From Azolla caroliniana (taxonomy: Eukaryota; Plantae; Polypodiophyta), in the NCBI GenBank assembly GCA_043228905.1, contig JBHGNT010000567.1, positions 1 to 20,530 of the forward strand: a stretch of DNA of 20,530 nt, read 5' to 3'. The position numbers and the translations under genes are program-made. The notes beneath the pieces were generated by a model. That model saw nothing but the letters and a program-made list of their open reading frames with translations, was not told the DNA's origin and made no database searches. This document shows positions 19,668-20,530 of this stretch, one piece after another (within the stretch, counting starts at the first letter, position 1; every line of letters starts with the position of its first letter).

Positions 19668-19674
<7 letters not shown>

Positions 19675-19722
<48 letters not shown>

Positions 19723-20020
19723 CAACAGCAGCACTCAACTCAAAATAATAATCATACATCAGATAACAACTAACTCTATAACCATTTTCCCTAGGTATAT
19801 TTATACTTATATAACTTACGGGCTATTTACAAATGTGGCCTCAACGGCCCATAAGAACATATTTACAAATTTGTCTCTCTTCACGATTCATACCGGATCC
19901 GGCCGAACTACTTCCGGTTTCATCTAGTCCGGCTTTCGGATCCATCCGATTTTGCTTCCTCCTCCAAATCCTCTGATCTTGCTCGATTGGTCCCCATCCG
20001 GAGGGACCGATATCTCAACA
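19675..20020 (-). repeat. Partial 3' LTR of copia element B, beginning at a (CT)n tract
   Basis: Ends TCAACA next to a PPT. Shares CTATTTACAAAT...ACATATTTACAAAT and CCCATCCGGAGGGAC with the copia A LTR. Confidence 0.85.
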
Positions 20021-20022
20021 AT

Positions 20023-20038
20023 CTCCACCTTCACTCCC
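20023..20038 (-). promoter_or_regulatory. Polypurine tract of copia B
   Basis: Minus strand GGGAGTGAAGGTGGAG, then AT, then TGTTGA. Confidence 0.85.
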
Positions 20039-20530
20039 ACATGGGGTCTTGGTTAACCCAATCTGTCTCCGGCACGAGTCTAGCTAGTCGGTTGACAGCA
20101 CCTTTGTCAGCATATCCGACCCGTTCTCCTTTGTGTGGATCTTCACTAGAGTGAAGTCTTGATCTTCTACTCTCTCCCAAAGCCAATGGTATCTACGCTA
20201 GATGTGCTTCATCCTGGAGTGGTAGGTTGTGTTCTTTGCAAGGTGCATGGCGTTTTGACTGTCACAGTAGAGCCAGTATTCCTCCTGTTAGATCCCCAAC
20301 TCTATGAGGAAGTCCTTCATCCAGACTATTTCCTTGCCAGCTTCCATTCCCGCCATGTACTCCGCTTCCATTGTCGCTAGTGCAACGCATTTCTACAGCC
20401 TTGACTGCCACGATATGGCTCCCCCTGCAAATGTCATATCTGGATGTAGACCGACTGATGTCTGTATCAGCCGACATGTCTGAATCAGTGAATCCTTCAT
20501 GTTGGGGTTTACTTGAGCCGAATCGGAGGC
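20039..20530 (-). pseudogene. pol: Copia B RNase H remnant (element continues beyond the window)
   Basis: Minus strand reads FAGGAISWQSRL*KCVALATMEAEY...LYCDSQNAMHLAKN...HSRMKHI*RRYHW...KIHTKENGSDMLTK with several stops and a frameshift. Confidence 0.92.

Larger units (their letters stand above)
1..19674 (-). mobile_element. Degenerate Sola2-like DNA transposon (outer host of the nest); left end lies outside the window, right end approximate
   Basis: Split transposase pseudogene, tandem-repeat blocks on both sides, and an abrupt right junction (...CATGCTTTGACCCC|TCTCTC) with a copia LTR. The minus strand would begin G(A/G)GGGTC, compatible with GRG termini described for Sola2. TIR and TSD cannot be verified because the other end is missing. 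Confidence 0.6.

Overview
Eukaryotic, most likely land-plant, repeat DNA; the AT-rich spliceosomal introns and Ty1/copia elements point this way, but the lineage cannot be fixed from sequence alone. The window is a nested stack of four transposons. (1) A degenerate copia element sits at the right edge (RNase H, PPT, part of the 3' LTR). (2) A decayed, intron-containing Sola2-like DNA transposon (about 1..19674, minus strand) appears inserted at the (CT)n tract of that LTR. (3) An RT-deleted copia element (2578..15773, 5-bp TSD AGTTA) sits in the last intron of the Sola2-like gene. (4) An apparently intact 9,383-bp TIR DNA transposon (5952..15334, 36-bp TIRs, 4-bp TSD TACA) sits in the 5' LTR of that copia. 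The innermost element is the highlight. It carries an intronless 926-aa Sola1/DUF7869-type DDD transposase. Divergently, it carries a six-exon gene I reconstructed by hand (974 aa, all GT-AG junctions in frame) encoding a ParB-like domain fused to a bacterial-type beta-class amino (N6-adenine/N4-cytosine) DNA methyltransferase. Intron 1 of that gene holds 13 copies of a 33-bp palindrome at about 51-bp spacing. Together these suggest a transposon-borne binding-site array plus ParB-methyltransferase epigenetic module. Family names come from motif recognition, not database searches, and the functions are inference.
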